From Nitrospirota bacterium (GTDB taxonomy: Bacteria; Nitrospirota; UBA9217), in contig CAWBNQ010000003.1 in the NCBI GenBank assembly GCA_963790205.1, forward strand, positions 800,001-864,000: a stretch of DNA of 64,000 nucleotides. Direction: 5' to 3'. Position 1 is the stretch's first letter; each line of letters opens with the position of its first letter. Below are positions 1 to 10,944 of this stretch, piece by piece. A program made the translations under genes and the position numbers. The notes beneath the pieces are model-generated. The model was not told the DNA's origin, searched no databases, and was given only the letters and a program-made list of their open reading frames with translations.

Positions 1-425
1 ACCAGATCCTTGAGAACGTCATGACCATTTCCAAAGAGGTGATGAACGCCGACGCGTCAAGCCTCATGCTTATCGACGAAAGGACGAACGAGCTGGTGTA
101 CGAAGTCGCGCTCGGCACGGTGGGCGCGAAGCTCAAGCAGGAATTCCGGGTCCAGATGGGGCAGGGCATTGCCGGGACCGTGGCGCAGGAAGGGAAGCCG
201 CTTCCGATCGAGGACGTGTATGCCCTCCCAAATTCTACCGCGGCCACGACGAGGCCACGGGCTATCGCACCAAATCCATGATCGCCGTTCCGCTCAAGGT
301 CGGCGAACGCATCACCGGCGTGGCCCAGGTGATCAACCGGCCCGATAACAAACCCTTCGATGCCGATGATCTCGAGCTTTTTATCGCGTTGTGCAGCATG
401 GCGGCCATCGCCATCGGGAATGCGG
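1..425 (+). pseudogene. GAF-domain protein fragment (frameshifted near 235-280, truncated)
   Basis: ORFs 21..281 and 278..580 carry GAF motifs (ASSLMLID, GQGIAGTVA, MIAVPLK..GVAQVIN..F...DLE); GAF-like sequence stops near 420. Confidence 0.6.
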
Positions 426-693
426 ATTCGTGCTCGCCATCATCATGTTTGACACCGTTGTCGAGATCGGGGCCCAGTCGCTGCCGCTCGCATCGACGCC
501 GCGATGGAAAGCTTCAAAGACATGGCGAAGAACCTGAAGGAGACCACAGACGATGTGAAGGCCCCATCCGTGGAAGCTGATCAGGAAACCTTAGCAGGGC
601 GGGAATTTGAGAAACTGAGAAGTTGAGAAGATTGGAGGGAGTATCTTCCCGTCTTCTTATCTTCCTAACTTCTATTAACATACGGGAGCATAA

Positions 694-1941
694 ATGAGCA
701 TTCAGGCAATCAAAGGCGTGAAGGACATTCTCCCCGGAGATATGGCCGCATGGCACTATCTTGAGGACACGGCGCGGAGGCTTTTCGAAGACTACGGTTT
801 TGCCGAGGTCCGCGTCCCCATATTCGAATACACCGAGCTCTTTGCCCGCAGCATCGGCGCGTCAACGGACATCGTGGAAAAGGAGATGTATACCTTCGAG
901 GACCGCGACGGTAAAAAGATCACCCTCAGGCCCGAAGGGACCGCGGGTGTGGTGCGCGCGTTTGTCGAGCACAAGATGTACGTCGACAGCCAGCTTACTA
1001 AACTGTATTACCTGGGCCCCATGTTCCGGCACGAGCGGCCCCAGAAAGGGCGGTACCGCCAGTTCTACCAGGTCGGCGTGGAAGCCCTCGGCCTGGACCA
1101 CCCCCATGTGGACATAGATATCCTGGTCATGCTGCATGGTCTCTTTACGAGACTCGGCATCAAAGGCCTCAGCCTTCAGATCAACTCCTTGGGCGACGCC
1201 GCGTGCCGGGGAGCGTATCGCGACGCGCTTAAGAACTATCTGCACGCAAAGCTTCCGACGCTTTGCGCGGACTGCCAGCGCAGGTACGAGGCCAACCCGC
1301 TCCGCGTACTGGACTGCAAGGTCGACGCGGACAAGTTTGGCGACTCGCCGGTCATGCTCGATTATCTCTGCGATCCCTGCAAGCTCCATTTTCAGACGGT
1401 TGAAGCGGGATTGACCAGGCTCGGCGTGCCTTTTGAAGTGAATCCCCGGCTGGTGCGGGGCCTCGATTATTATACGCGAACCACGTTCGAACTGGTGATG
1501 GGGCACATGGGCGCTCAGAACACGGTTGCCGCGGGCGGCAGGTACGACGGGCTGGTCAAGGAGATCGGGGGGCCGGCGACCCCGGGGATCGGTTTCGCGC
1601 TCGGCGTTGAGCGGGCTGTGTCACTCATGGACACGTCGTCCCTTCAGCCTGGCCGGCCGCATCTATTCATTTCAGCGCTCGGCGAAACGGCGGTGAACTT
1701 TGTACTTCCCCTGATCCATGGCCTCAGAACGTCAGGAATACGAGTGGAGACAGATTACACGGGAGCGAGCCTCAAGAGCCAGATGAAGAAGGCAGACAAG
1801 TCGGGCGCGGGCCATACGCTTATTATCGGCGAACAGGAACTGAAGGATGAAAAAGCCGTTCTCCGCAATATGCAGACCAAGGAGCAGGTTGATGTATCTC
1901 TCGCCAATATCGTCGATGAGTTGAAGACGAAACTGAGTTAA
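694..1941 (+). CDS. hisS: histidine--tRNA ligase
   Basis: KEMYTFED, LRPEGTAG, FRHERPQKGRYRQFYQ, LVRGLDYYTRT, GGRYDGL motifs. Confidence 0.98.
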   Translation: MSIQAIKGVKDILPGDMAAWHYLEDTARRLFEDYGFAEVRVPIFEYTELFARSIGASTDIVEKEMYTFEDRDGKKITLRPEGTAGVVRAFVEHKMYVDSQLTKLYYLGPMFRHERPQKGRYRQFYQVGVEALGLDHPHVDIDILVMLHGLFTRLGIKGLSLQINSLGDAACRGAYRDALKNYLHAKLPTLCADCQRRYEANPLRVLDCKVDADKFGDSPVMLDYLCDPCKLHFQTVEAGLTRLGVPFEVNPRLVRGLDYYTRTTFELVMGHMGAQNTVAAGGRYDGLVKEIGGPATPGIGFALGVERAVSLMDTSSLQPGRPHLFISALGETAVNFVLPLIHGLRTSGIRVETDYTGASLKSQMKKADKSGAGHTLIIGEQELKDEKAVLRNMQTKEQVDVSLANIVDELKTKLS

Positions 1942-2028
1942 GCCTTCATTGGTTCCGCTGCCGTCAAGTCCCTCAACCCGATTATCGCTCTGCGGCCTCT
2001 GCGGTAACTGTAAAGCAAGGAGCTTTCA

Positions 2029-2508
2029 TTGAAAGTCGGCGTCATTTCCGATACCCACATCCCGGCCATAGCGTCGTCGCTTCCTCCGGCAGTGTTCGAA
2101 ATATTCAAAGGCGTCGATCTTATTCTTCACGCCGGCGACATCGTCGAGCTCTCGGTGCTCGATGAACTCAGCGCCATTGCTCCCGTGGAAGCCGTTGCCG
2201 GCAACATGGACGGCTCCGAGGTCCATTTGAAGCTTCCCTCGAAAAAGGTCATCCCCATCAACCGCTACTCCGTCGGACTAATCCACGGAAAATTCAAGAT
2301 CGACATTCAGAAGGAAATGATCCTGAAGGAGTTCGAGCGCGTCGATCTGATCGTCTACGGGCATTCACACACGCCGTTCTGGGGAAAGGTGGGAAGCGTC
2401 TACTTTTTGAACCCGGGAAGCCCGACCGATAAACGGCACGCGCCGTACAATTCAGTCGCTCTGCTGCACGTCGGGGATGAACTGAAGGCCGAGATCATCA
2501 GGATTTGA
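2029..2508 (+). CDS. YfcE/MJ0936-family metallophosphoesterase
   Basis: ISDTH, HAGD, GNMD, GHSH, NPGS motifs. Confidence 0.93.
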   Translation: MKVGVISDTHIPAIASSLPPAVFEIFKGVDLILHAGDIVELSVLDELSAIAPVEAVAGNMDGSEVHLKLPSKKVIPINRYSVGLIHGKFKIDIQKEMILKEFERVDLIVYGHSHTPFWGKVGSVYFLNPGSPTDKRHAPYNSVALLHVGDELKAEIIRI

Positions 2509-2594
2509 AATAATAGATTATCTCCAATATGTGTGGGGTGAACGGCCAAAGAATTAAGGATCATGAACATAAGAAACCCTTTCGGGAAGCCCAA

Positions 2595-2800
2595 GATCCT
2601 TTTTCTTTTTCTGCACCGCCGCTCACAGCTCCGCGCAAACATGACAGTATGTCTTCTCTTTTACCAGTTAATACGGCAATCCATGAGCGCTTACGCTGCG
2701 CACGCGCAGGCATGATCTGTGATTCACCGGCCCTATTCCGGTCATGTAACGCGCGTACCTGTTCACGAGATGCAGGGGCCTCTGGAAAAGCAAAAGACAA
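2595..2800. repeat. dispersed ~210 bp element, copy 1 (similar to 10696..10900)
   Basis: Long shared blocks ttttctttttctgcaccgccgctcacagctccgcgca, ccatgagcgcttacgctgcgcacgcgca and ctgttcacg.gatgcaggggc. Confidence 0.9.
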
Positions 2801-2914
2801 AAGTTTCCACCTTTTTCCTATCTGCAAAGTTTTTTAAGACACGAAGATACTCTTTCCGTTCATTTTTGTTTTAAAGTTGCAAAGGCGGACCGTTTATGAT
2901 ATTTTTGAACGAAC

Positions 2915-4345
2915 ATGGCGAATGAAAAAATAAAGTTCGGCACCTCGGGCTGGCGAGGCGTGATCGCCGACGATTTTACCTTTGCCCGGGTGCGCGCGGC
3001 CACCCAGGCCATTGCGGACCACCTTGGGGCAGAGGGGCTGAAGGACAAGGGCGTTGTCGTGGGATACGACACCCGGTTCCTGTCCGAACGCTTCGCAGCC
3101 GAGGCGGTCAAGGTCCTTGCCGCGAACGGCGTACGCTCTTTTCTTTCGAACCGGGACGTTCCCACGCCGGCGGTCGCTTTCGACATCATCCGCAGAAAGG
3201 CCGCGGGTGGGATCAACTTCACCGCCAGCCACAACCCGCCTGAATACAACGGTCTCAAGTTCTCACCGGCCTGGGGCGGCCCCGCCCTGCCGGAAACCAC
3301 CAAAGATATAGAAGCGCGGGCCAATGCGCTTATCGAAAAAAATACCATCCCCGTCATGCCCATTGCTGACGCGAAACAGAAAGGCCTTGTGGAAGACGTT
3401 GATCTTCGCAAGGCATACCTCGACGACCTGAGAAAGAAGATCGATTTCGAGCCCATCAAAAAAGCAAAACTGAAACTGGCGATCGACCTCCTGTACGGGA
3501 CGGGGAGGGACTATCTTGACAGCGCGCTCAGGGACGCGGGCTGCGCAATCACCGCGGTGCACGGCCATCGCGATGTCCTGTTCGGCGGCCGCGCTCCCGA
3601 GCCGTCGGAGGAAAATCTTGCCGAGCTGTCCGCGCTCATGAAGAAGGGCCGCTTCGACCTCGGCCTGGCGGTCGACGGCGATGCCGACCGCTTCGGGGTC
3701 ATGGACCACGACGGGACGTATATCAATTCCAACCAGGTCCTTGCCCTGGTGCTGGATTACCTCTGCCGCACCCGGGGCTGGAAGGGCGGCGCCGCGCGCT
3801 CCATTGCCACGTCGCACCTCGTAGACGCCGTGGCGAAGAAACACGGCATCGAAGTCTACGAAACAGGCGTTGGCTTCAAGTTCATCGGCGACCTGCTCGT
3901 GCAGGGTAAGATCATTTTCGGCGGCGAGGAAAGCGCGGGCATGACCATCAAAGACCATGTGCCGGAAAAAGACGGCATCCTTGCCTGCCTCCTGGTCGCT
4001 GAGATGGTATCGAGCGAGAGAAAATCCATTAAGGACCTGCTCAAGCGGCTCTATAAAGAAGTAGGGACCATCCTGAACGACCGGATCAACATCCGCCTCA
4101 CGGAAGCGAACCGCAAAGCGGTAGGAGAGCGGCTCAGCCAGCCCGTAAGCGAGCTCGGGGGCCTGCGGGTCAAGGGCAAGAAGACCACGGCCGACGGCAC
4201 CAAGTATATGCTCGAGGACGACAGCTGGGTGCTCATGCGCGCCTCGGGTACCGAGCCGGTGGTCCGCGTTTACGTCGAAGCCGGGTCCGAGGAGAAGATC
4301 AAGGAGCTCATCGAGGCGGGCAGGAAGTTCATTCTGGGACAGTGA
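2915..4345 (+). CDS. phosphoglucomutase/phosphomannomutase family protein
   Basis: FGTSGWRG, TASHNP, DGDADR, GEESAG, RASGTEP motifs. Confidence 0.96.
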   Translation: MANEKIKFGTSGWRGVIADDFTFARVRAATQAIADHLGAEGLKDKGVVVGYDTRFLSERFAAEAVKVLAANGVRSFLSNRDVPTPAVAFDIIRRKAAGGINFTASHNPPEYNGLKFSPAWGGPALPETTKDIEARANALIEKNTIPVMPIADAKQKGLVEDVDLRKAYLDDLRKKIDFEPIKKAKLKLAIDLLYGTGRDYLDSALRDAGCAITAVHGHRDVLFGGRAPEPSEENLAELSALMKKGRFDLGLAVDGDADRFGVMDHDGTYINSNQVLALVLDYLCRTRGWKGGAARSIATSHLVDAVAKKHGIEVYETGVGFKFIGDLLVQGKIIFGGEESAGMTIKDHVPEKDGILACLLVAEMVSSERKSIKDLLKRLYKEVGTILNDRINIRLTEANRKAVGERLSQPVSELGGLRVKGKKTTADGTKYMLEDDSWVLMRASGTEPVVRVYVEAGSEEKIKELIEAGRKFILGQ

Positions 4346-4430
4346 GAAAAAACGAAGTTGGGAAGATGCGAAGTTGGGAAGATACTTCATAACTTCTTAG
4401 CCTCCCATCTTCCTAATCTTCGAATTATAA

Positions 4431-5729
<1,299 letters not shown>

Positions 5730-5736
5730 TGACCGG

Positions 5737-5772
5737 GAGCCGGAGATCGAAATGAGCTCCGGCATTTTTTTT
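5737..5772 (+). terminator. intrinsic terminator after eno
   Basis: gccggag...ctccggc stem followed by a T run. Confidence 0.75.
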
Positions 5773-5973
5773 GAAATAGAACAGTCATGTTTTCAAGATG
5801 TAAAAAGATTCCTCGCGTTGCGGTACAATGGCCATTCTTTGCAACACTTAAGGTTTCAATCCGAAGTCAACTGCTTCTACTCATACAATGCCCATTTGAA
5901 GAGACTCACGGTGTTGCACATGTTGAAACCTCATCAGCTACCCAGAGGGGATGGGCAGGGAGAATAACAGACG

Positions 5974-6327
5974 GTGATTAAGTTCTCTTTATCATCAAAA
6001 TCAGAGCTGGACGTAGTCGTCATGATGCCGAGAGGCTACCTCACAGACACCGGCGCGCATCAGATAGAAAAAGCCAGTGAAGAGTTTCTCGACAGAGGTT
6101 TTAAAAAATTCATCATAAATTTTTCCAACGTCGAACTGATAAATACCCAGGGGATCTCGGTCTTCCAGAGTATCTTACAGAAGACATCCGAAAGCGGCTG
6201 CCGTGTTTGTTTCACGAATATAAACAAACTCCACCATGAAATTTTCGAGCTGACCGGCCTCATGAAACGGGTAGCTGTGTTTCAGGATGAAGATGACGCC
6301 ATGATATTTTTAAAAAGAACGTTTTGA
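5974..6327 (+). CDS. STAS-domain anti-sigma factor antagonist
   Basis: KFIINFSNVELINTQGIS and EIFELTGL motifs; Thr at the usual phospho-Ser position. Confidence 0.85.
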   Translation: MIKFSLSSKSELDVVVMMPRGYLTDTGAHQIEKASEEFLDRGFKKFIINFSNVELINTQGISVFQSILQKTSESGCRVCFTNINKLHHEIFELTGLMKRVAVFQDEDDAMIFLKRTF

Positions 6328-6470
6328 TTCCTGAACGATACAGCGCGTCTCTTACGAGAGCATCAAAATTGAAAAAAGGAACAGAGCGTGGAAAAATAAT
6401 ATTAATTCCGCCTCTCAGCAGGACGACATTGGGAAATAATGTCCTGAGGTGTTAGTGAAGACAAAAAATA

Positions 6471-6504
6471 AAAAAGCCGCTGAAGGTTATTTTCAGCGGC
6501 TTTT
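6471..6504. terminator. bidirectional intrinsic terminator
   Basis: aaaaagccgctgaa-ggttatt-ttcagcggctttt between convergent genes. Confidence 0.85.
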
Positions 6505-6546
6505 GGTCATTTTATAGTCGGTGGCAGTGGTTTGTCTGCCCGACGT

Positions 6547-7035
6547 TCAGTTGGCCAATCCGATCTGCCGCATGAACGCGCCGCTGTCCCAGAACAGCCA
6601 CTCGTGGTCCATGACGTCGCCCTTCCAGTGGCCGATCGTCGTCATGGTAAGCTTGAATGCTTTGCCCGTGGGCGGGATCGTTTTGCCGTCCCCCGTCGGC
6701 ATGGGGTTTGAGAATGTTCCGGTCATCACCCCCGTTACGCAGGTCCATTCGTCCGTTCCGAACCTGACGGGATGGACCTTTATCTTGGTGTCGGGCGCAT
6801 AGACGAACATGGCCTTGAGGTCTTCGATGTGTTTCGCGATGCCTTTTGTCTCCCGTCCGTCGGGCCAGGTCACCACGATGCCGTCAGCGTGGCTTTCCGA
6901 CAGCCTGTTCCAGTCCTGGTTGCTGAACACGTCGAAGTCCAGCTCATCGAAGGTCTTCAGGTGCTCCTCGACCACATTTATTGTCCGTTTTTTCAACGCA
7001 ACTACATTCGCAGCTCTTTTCATTTTCATCACCAT
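6547..7035 (-). CDS. SnoaL-like ester cyclase family protein
   Basis: GVMTGTF..PMP...GKTIPPTGKAF and EWLFWD motifs. Confidence 0.85.
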   Translation of the reverse strand: MVMKMKRAANVVALKKRTINVVEEHLKTFDELDFDVFSNQDWNRLSESHADGIVVTWPDGRETKGIAKHIEDLKAMFVYAPDTKIKVHPVRFGTDEWTCVTGVMTGTFSNPMPTGDGKTIPPTGKAFKLTMTTIGHWKGDVMDHEWLFWDSGAFMRQIGLAN

Positions 7036-7231
7036 CCTTTATTTCGAAAACCTGCTCACACTTAAATTATAGCGCACTTACCGCATCTCGCCTTGTGCCT
7101 CTGCACTCCTTAGTATTACAGATATAAAAGGTATTATTTATCTCAGTGGAGTTGAAGGTCTCCTGGAGAAGTTGTTTCCTACGTTGCTTTCCGCTTGCCC
7201 CTTTTCCCGAAATCCGGTATCTTTGTATCAT

Positions 7232-7951
7232 ATGAAAAAGAAAATTATTATTTGCATCACCCTCGCGCTTGTTCTGATCATCGCCGGCACCGTGGGGTAC
7301 GTTCTCACGAACCTCGACTCTATCGTGAAGACTGCCATCGAGAAGTACGGTTCCCAGGCGATGAAAACGGCCGTCCGCGTGTCTTCCGTGAAGATAAAGC
7401 TCAAGAACGGAGAGGGCGCCATCCTTGGATTGAAGGTGGCCAATCCTCCCGGTTTCTCTTCTCCCTCCATCATCACGCTTGACGACATATCAGCCCGGAT
7501 CGAGGTGAACTCCGTCACGAGCACTCCGATTGTGATCGACACTATCCTGATCTCCGGTCCTGAGGTGTTCTATGAAATGAAGGAAGACGGAACAACGAAT
7601 GTGGACGTCCTGAAGAAGAACCTCGCACCTTCCGGTCCTTCCGCGGAAGAGCAGCCGCAAAAAAGCCCCAAGGGGAAAGAGATCAGGCTGCGGATCGGAA
7701 AGCTGGTTTTCGAGAAGGGGATGGTCCACGTGCGCGTTGCAAAACTGGCGGACAAGCCGTATACCGTCGAGCTGCCCCGCCTGGAGCTGACCGATATCGG
7801 CAAGCGCGGCGGCGCCACTCCCGCGGAGATCGCGCGCATAACGGCCGCCGCTCTGGCTGAAGAGACTGCAAAGGCCGTTGCCAGGACCCAGGGCGAGCGG
7901 CTGCTCCGCAAGGGCGCCGAAGGCCTTCTCAACAAGTACCTCAACAAGTGA
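7232..7951 (+). CDS. AsmA/DUF748-like membrane-anchored protein
   Basis: N-terminal TM helix; L.VANPPGFS and IG..GGATPAEIA motifs. Confidence 0.65.
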   Translation: MKKKIIICITLALVLIIAGTVGYVLTNLDSIVKTAIEKYGSQAMKTAVRVSSVKIKLKNGEGAILGLKVANPPGFSSPSIITLDDISARIEVNSVTSTPIVIDTILISGPEVFYEMKEDGTTNVDVLKKNLAPSGPSAEEQPQKSPKGKEIRLRIGKLVFEKGMVHVRVAKLADKPYTVELPRLELTDIGKRGGATPAEIARITAAALAEETAKAVARTQGERLLRKGAEGLLNKYLNK

Positions 7952-7959
7952 GCAAATCC

Positions 7960-8139
7960 TGTCCGTCCCCCCGTCAGTCTTAACCCACCCTGAACTTTGA
8001 ACGCATAACCCAATAGAGCCAGGTCTTGAAATATCAGTTCCGTAAGCAAAGCGTAATAGGCGCCGTTGTTTCTAATCGTAATTTCCTTAAGGCGACTTTG
8101 TTAGGCGGTTCAGCGGCAGGCAGCGATAGGGGATGGATA
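7960..8139 (+). ncRNA. ssrS: probable 6S RNA
   Basis: ~180 nt rod: gtccgtcccc pairs ggggatggat with G-U pairs on the + strand; cctgaact pairs ggttcag around a central bubble, resembling the CCCUGAGCC/GGUUCAAG arms of 6S RNA. Confidence 0.6.
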
Positions 8140-8173
8140 CTATCGGGGGCAGATTGATCAAGTCTTAATGCCG

Positions 8174-8437
8174 TTATTTTTTGATTCTGGACTCAAGCAG
8201 CGATACGCGTTTGGCCAGAGCGTCAAATTCATCGTAATCGACTTTTTTCTTCAGAGCACCCTTGAGGAATTGAACATCAGTCTTTATTATCTGGATATCT
8301 TCCATCATGGAGCCGAACTGCTCGCCGATGATTTGGATTTTTGAGTCGAGATCCTCTTTGAAGATGCCGACTATGTGCTGAAAATCGTTTCTTTGTTCGG
8401 TAAGTATTTCTTTCAATTTGCCTTCGGTGATGTCCAT
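8174..8437 (-). CDS. hypothetical coiled-coil protein
   Basis: 87-aa ORF with aggaga RBS and heptad pattern. Confidence 0.7.
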   Translation of the reverse strand: MDITEGKLKEILTEQRNDFQHIVGIFKEDLDSKIQIIGEQFGSMMEDIQIIKTDVQFLKGALKKKVDYDEFDALAKRVSLLESRIKK

Positions 8438-8627
8438 CGTGGTTTAGTCTCCTGTTCTTAACACCGGATGGGGTAAATCAATTTTAGGCATTTAAACTTG
8501 TTCTGTCAAGCCTAGAATAATTATTTTCCATCGAACCGGAGCATGTAAGAAAACTATAGGATCGAGTAGAAAAAAGAAAAGAGGTCATCGATGAGACGAC
8601 CCCTTTTCTAAGTTCATTACTGTTGGC

Positions 8628-10448
8628 TTAGTCCATCTTGTCCCGGTTCTTCGGCCGCTTGTTCTGGTCGAGCACCTTTTTGCGGAGCCGGATGGAGGCG
8701 GGCGTCACTTCCACGAGCTCGTCTTCCTTGATGAACTCAAGCGATTGCTCGAGCGACAGCTGCCGGTGGGGCACGAGCCGGAGCGCTTCGTCGGCGCCCG
8801 AAGCGCGCATGTTCGTCAGCTTCTTTTCCTTGATCACGTTCACGTCCATGTCGGTCTCGCGCGAGTTCTCACCCACGATCATGCCTTCATAGACCGCCGT
8901 GCTCTCGGGGATGAAGAGCTCGCCGCGGGGCTGGATGTGGTAGAGGGCATAGGTCGTGGTCTTGCCCGCGCGGTCGGCCACGAGGGCGCCGGTGGCGCGC
9001 TTGGCGATCGGGCCCTGCCACGGTTCGTACCCGTCGAAGAGATGGTTGAGGAGGCCGGTGCCCCGGGTATCGGTCAGGAACTCCGAGCGGAACCCGATGA
9101 GGCCGCGCGCCGGGATGCGGAACTCCAGGCGGACCCGGCCGTGGCCGTTGTTCGCCATCTTGGTCATGCGGCCCTTGCGGGCGCCGAGCTTCTGGGTCAC
9201 GACGCCGATGAACTCGTCGGGGCAGTCGATGACCAGGTTTTCCATGGGCTCGAAGGTCTTGCCGTCACGGATCTTGGTAATGGTCTCGGGCTGGGACACG
9301 GAAAGCTCATAACCTTCGCGCCGCATCATCTCGATCAGGATGGCGAGCTGAAGTTCGCCGCGTCCGAGGACCCTGAAGCTGTCCGTCGCGTCGCCCGGCT
9401 CGACCTTGATCGCCACGTTATAGAGAAGTTCCTTCTCCAGGCGTTCCTTCAAGTGGCGGGAAGTGACGAACTTGCCTTCCTTGCCGGCAAAGGGCGAGTT
9501 ATTGATGGCGAAGATCATCGAGATCGTGGGCTCGTCCACGGCAATGCGCGGCAGGGGTTTCGGGTTTTCCGGGTCGGTAATGGTATCGCCGATGTTCACG
9601 CCCTCGATGCCGGCAAGGGCCACGATGTCGCCGACGGTGGCGCTGGGCGTGTCCACGCGTTTGAGGCCCTCGAACGCGAAGAGCGACGTGATCTTGGTCT
9701 TGACCACGGCCCCCGTCTGCGTGACCACGCCGATGGGCTCGCCCACCTTTGCGGTGCCGGCAAAGATCTTGCCGATGGCCAGGCGTCCGACATAATCGTT
9801 GTAAATGATGTTCATGACCAAAAGCTGGAGCGGCGCGGCCTCGTCCCCCTCGGCCGACGGGACCGTGTTCACGATCAGGTCGAAGAGCGGCTTGAGGCTC
9901 GTTGCTTCCTCTTCCATCTTCAGCTTGGCGACGCCGTCCCGGGCGTTCGTATAGACGATCGGGAAGTCGAGCTGGGCGTCGTTCGCGTCGAGGTCGATGA
10001 ACAGGTCATAGACCTCGTTCACGACCTCGCTGATCCGGGCGTCGGGCCGGTCTATCTTGTTGATCACGAGGATCGGCGGCAGCCCGAGTTCGAGCGCCTT
10101 CTTCAGCACGAAGCGCGTCTGCGGGAGCGGTCCTTCCGAGGCGTCGACGAGCAGGAGCACGCCGTCGACCATCTTCAAGGTGCGCTCCACCTCGCCGCCG
10201 AAGTCCGCGTGGCCGGGGGTGTCCACGATGTTGATCTTCACGCCATTGTAGCGGAGAGACGTGTTCTTTGCCATGATCGTGATGCCGCGCTCCCGCTCGA
10301 GGTCGATGTTGTCCATCACGCGCTCCTGGATCCGCTCGTTGTCGCGGAAGGTGCCGCTCTGGCGGAGCAGAGTGTCCACGAGGGTGGTCTTCCCGTGGTC
10401 CACGTGGGCGATGATGGCGATATTACGCAGGTCTGTTCTTTTGAGCAT
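8628..10448 (-). CDS. typA: translational GTPase TypA/BipA
   Basis: [49 protein letters not shown] motifs. Confidence 0.98.
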   Translation of the reverse strand: MLKRTDLRNIAIIAHVDHGKTTLVDTLLRQSGTFRDNERIQERVMDNIDLERERGITIMAKNTSLRYNGVKINIVDTPGHADFGGEVERTLKMVDGVLLLVDASEGPLPQTRFVLKKALELGLPPILVINKIDRPDARISEVVNEVYDLFIDLDANDAQLDFPIVYTNARDGVAKLKMEEEATSLKPLFDLIVNTVPSAEGDEAAPLQLLVMNIIYNDYVGRLAIGKIFAGTAKVGEPIGVVTQTGAVVKTKITSLFAFEGLKRVDTPSATVGDIVALAGIEGVNIGDTITDPENPKPLPRIAVDEPTISMIFAINNSPFAGKEGKFVTSRHLKERLEKELLYNVAIKVEPGDATDSFRVLGRGELQLAILIEMMRREGYELSVSQPETITKIRDGKTFEPMENLVIDCPDEFIGVVTQKLGARKGRMTKMANNGHGRVRLEFRIPARGLIGFRSEFLTDTRGTGLLNHLFDGYEPWQGPIAKRATGALVADRAGKTTTYALYHIQPRGELFIPESTAVYEGMIVGENSRETDMDVNVIKEKKLTNMRASGADEALRLVPHRQLSLEQSLEFIKEDELVEVTPASIRLRKKVLDQNKRPKNRDKMD

Positions 10449-10695
10449 GATTATTTTCCCTTAACTATAGGTAGATTGCCACGACGAGCTCGCCCTGCAC
10501 CCGCGTTTCCACTCGTAAACGCCGGGCGCAGGCTAAGTACACGAAGAGATTCTTGGTGACAGGGTATTCTCGTGGGTAAAAAAGCACTTTCCAAAGAGGA
10601 GCATAATACAGTGCAAGGCCCAGTTTGTCAATGGAATAAATAGAGGATCATCTTTGATACGAGGGGCTTACAAAACTTCGGTTCAGGATGTTCAT

Positions 10696-10900
10696 GATCC
10701 TTTTCTTTTTCTGCACCGCCGCTCACAGCTCCGCGCAGACATGCCAGGATATCTTCTGTTTTACGTGCCAGTACGGCAGCCCATGAGCGCTTACGCTGCG
10801 CACGCGCATGCATGATCTGTGGTTCACCGGGCTCTCTACCGGGCATGTAAAACGCGTCCCTGTTCACGGGATGCAGGGGCTTCGGGAAAAGCAAAGACGA
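10696..10900. repeat. dispersed ~210 bp element, copy 2
   Basis: Same orientation as and high identity to 2595..2800. Confidence 0.9.
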
Positions 10901-10944
10901 AAAAACCTCTGCCTTCCCGTGCGCCGGACGGGACCGCGAAGCGG

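Noticed and set aside
8745..10559. Long antisense ORFs (8745..10559, 11002..12342, 59085..60422 and others)
   Set aside because: Shadow frames of GC-rich genes on the opposite strand, with no recognisable motifs.
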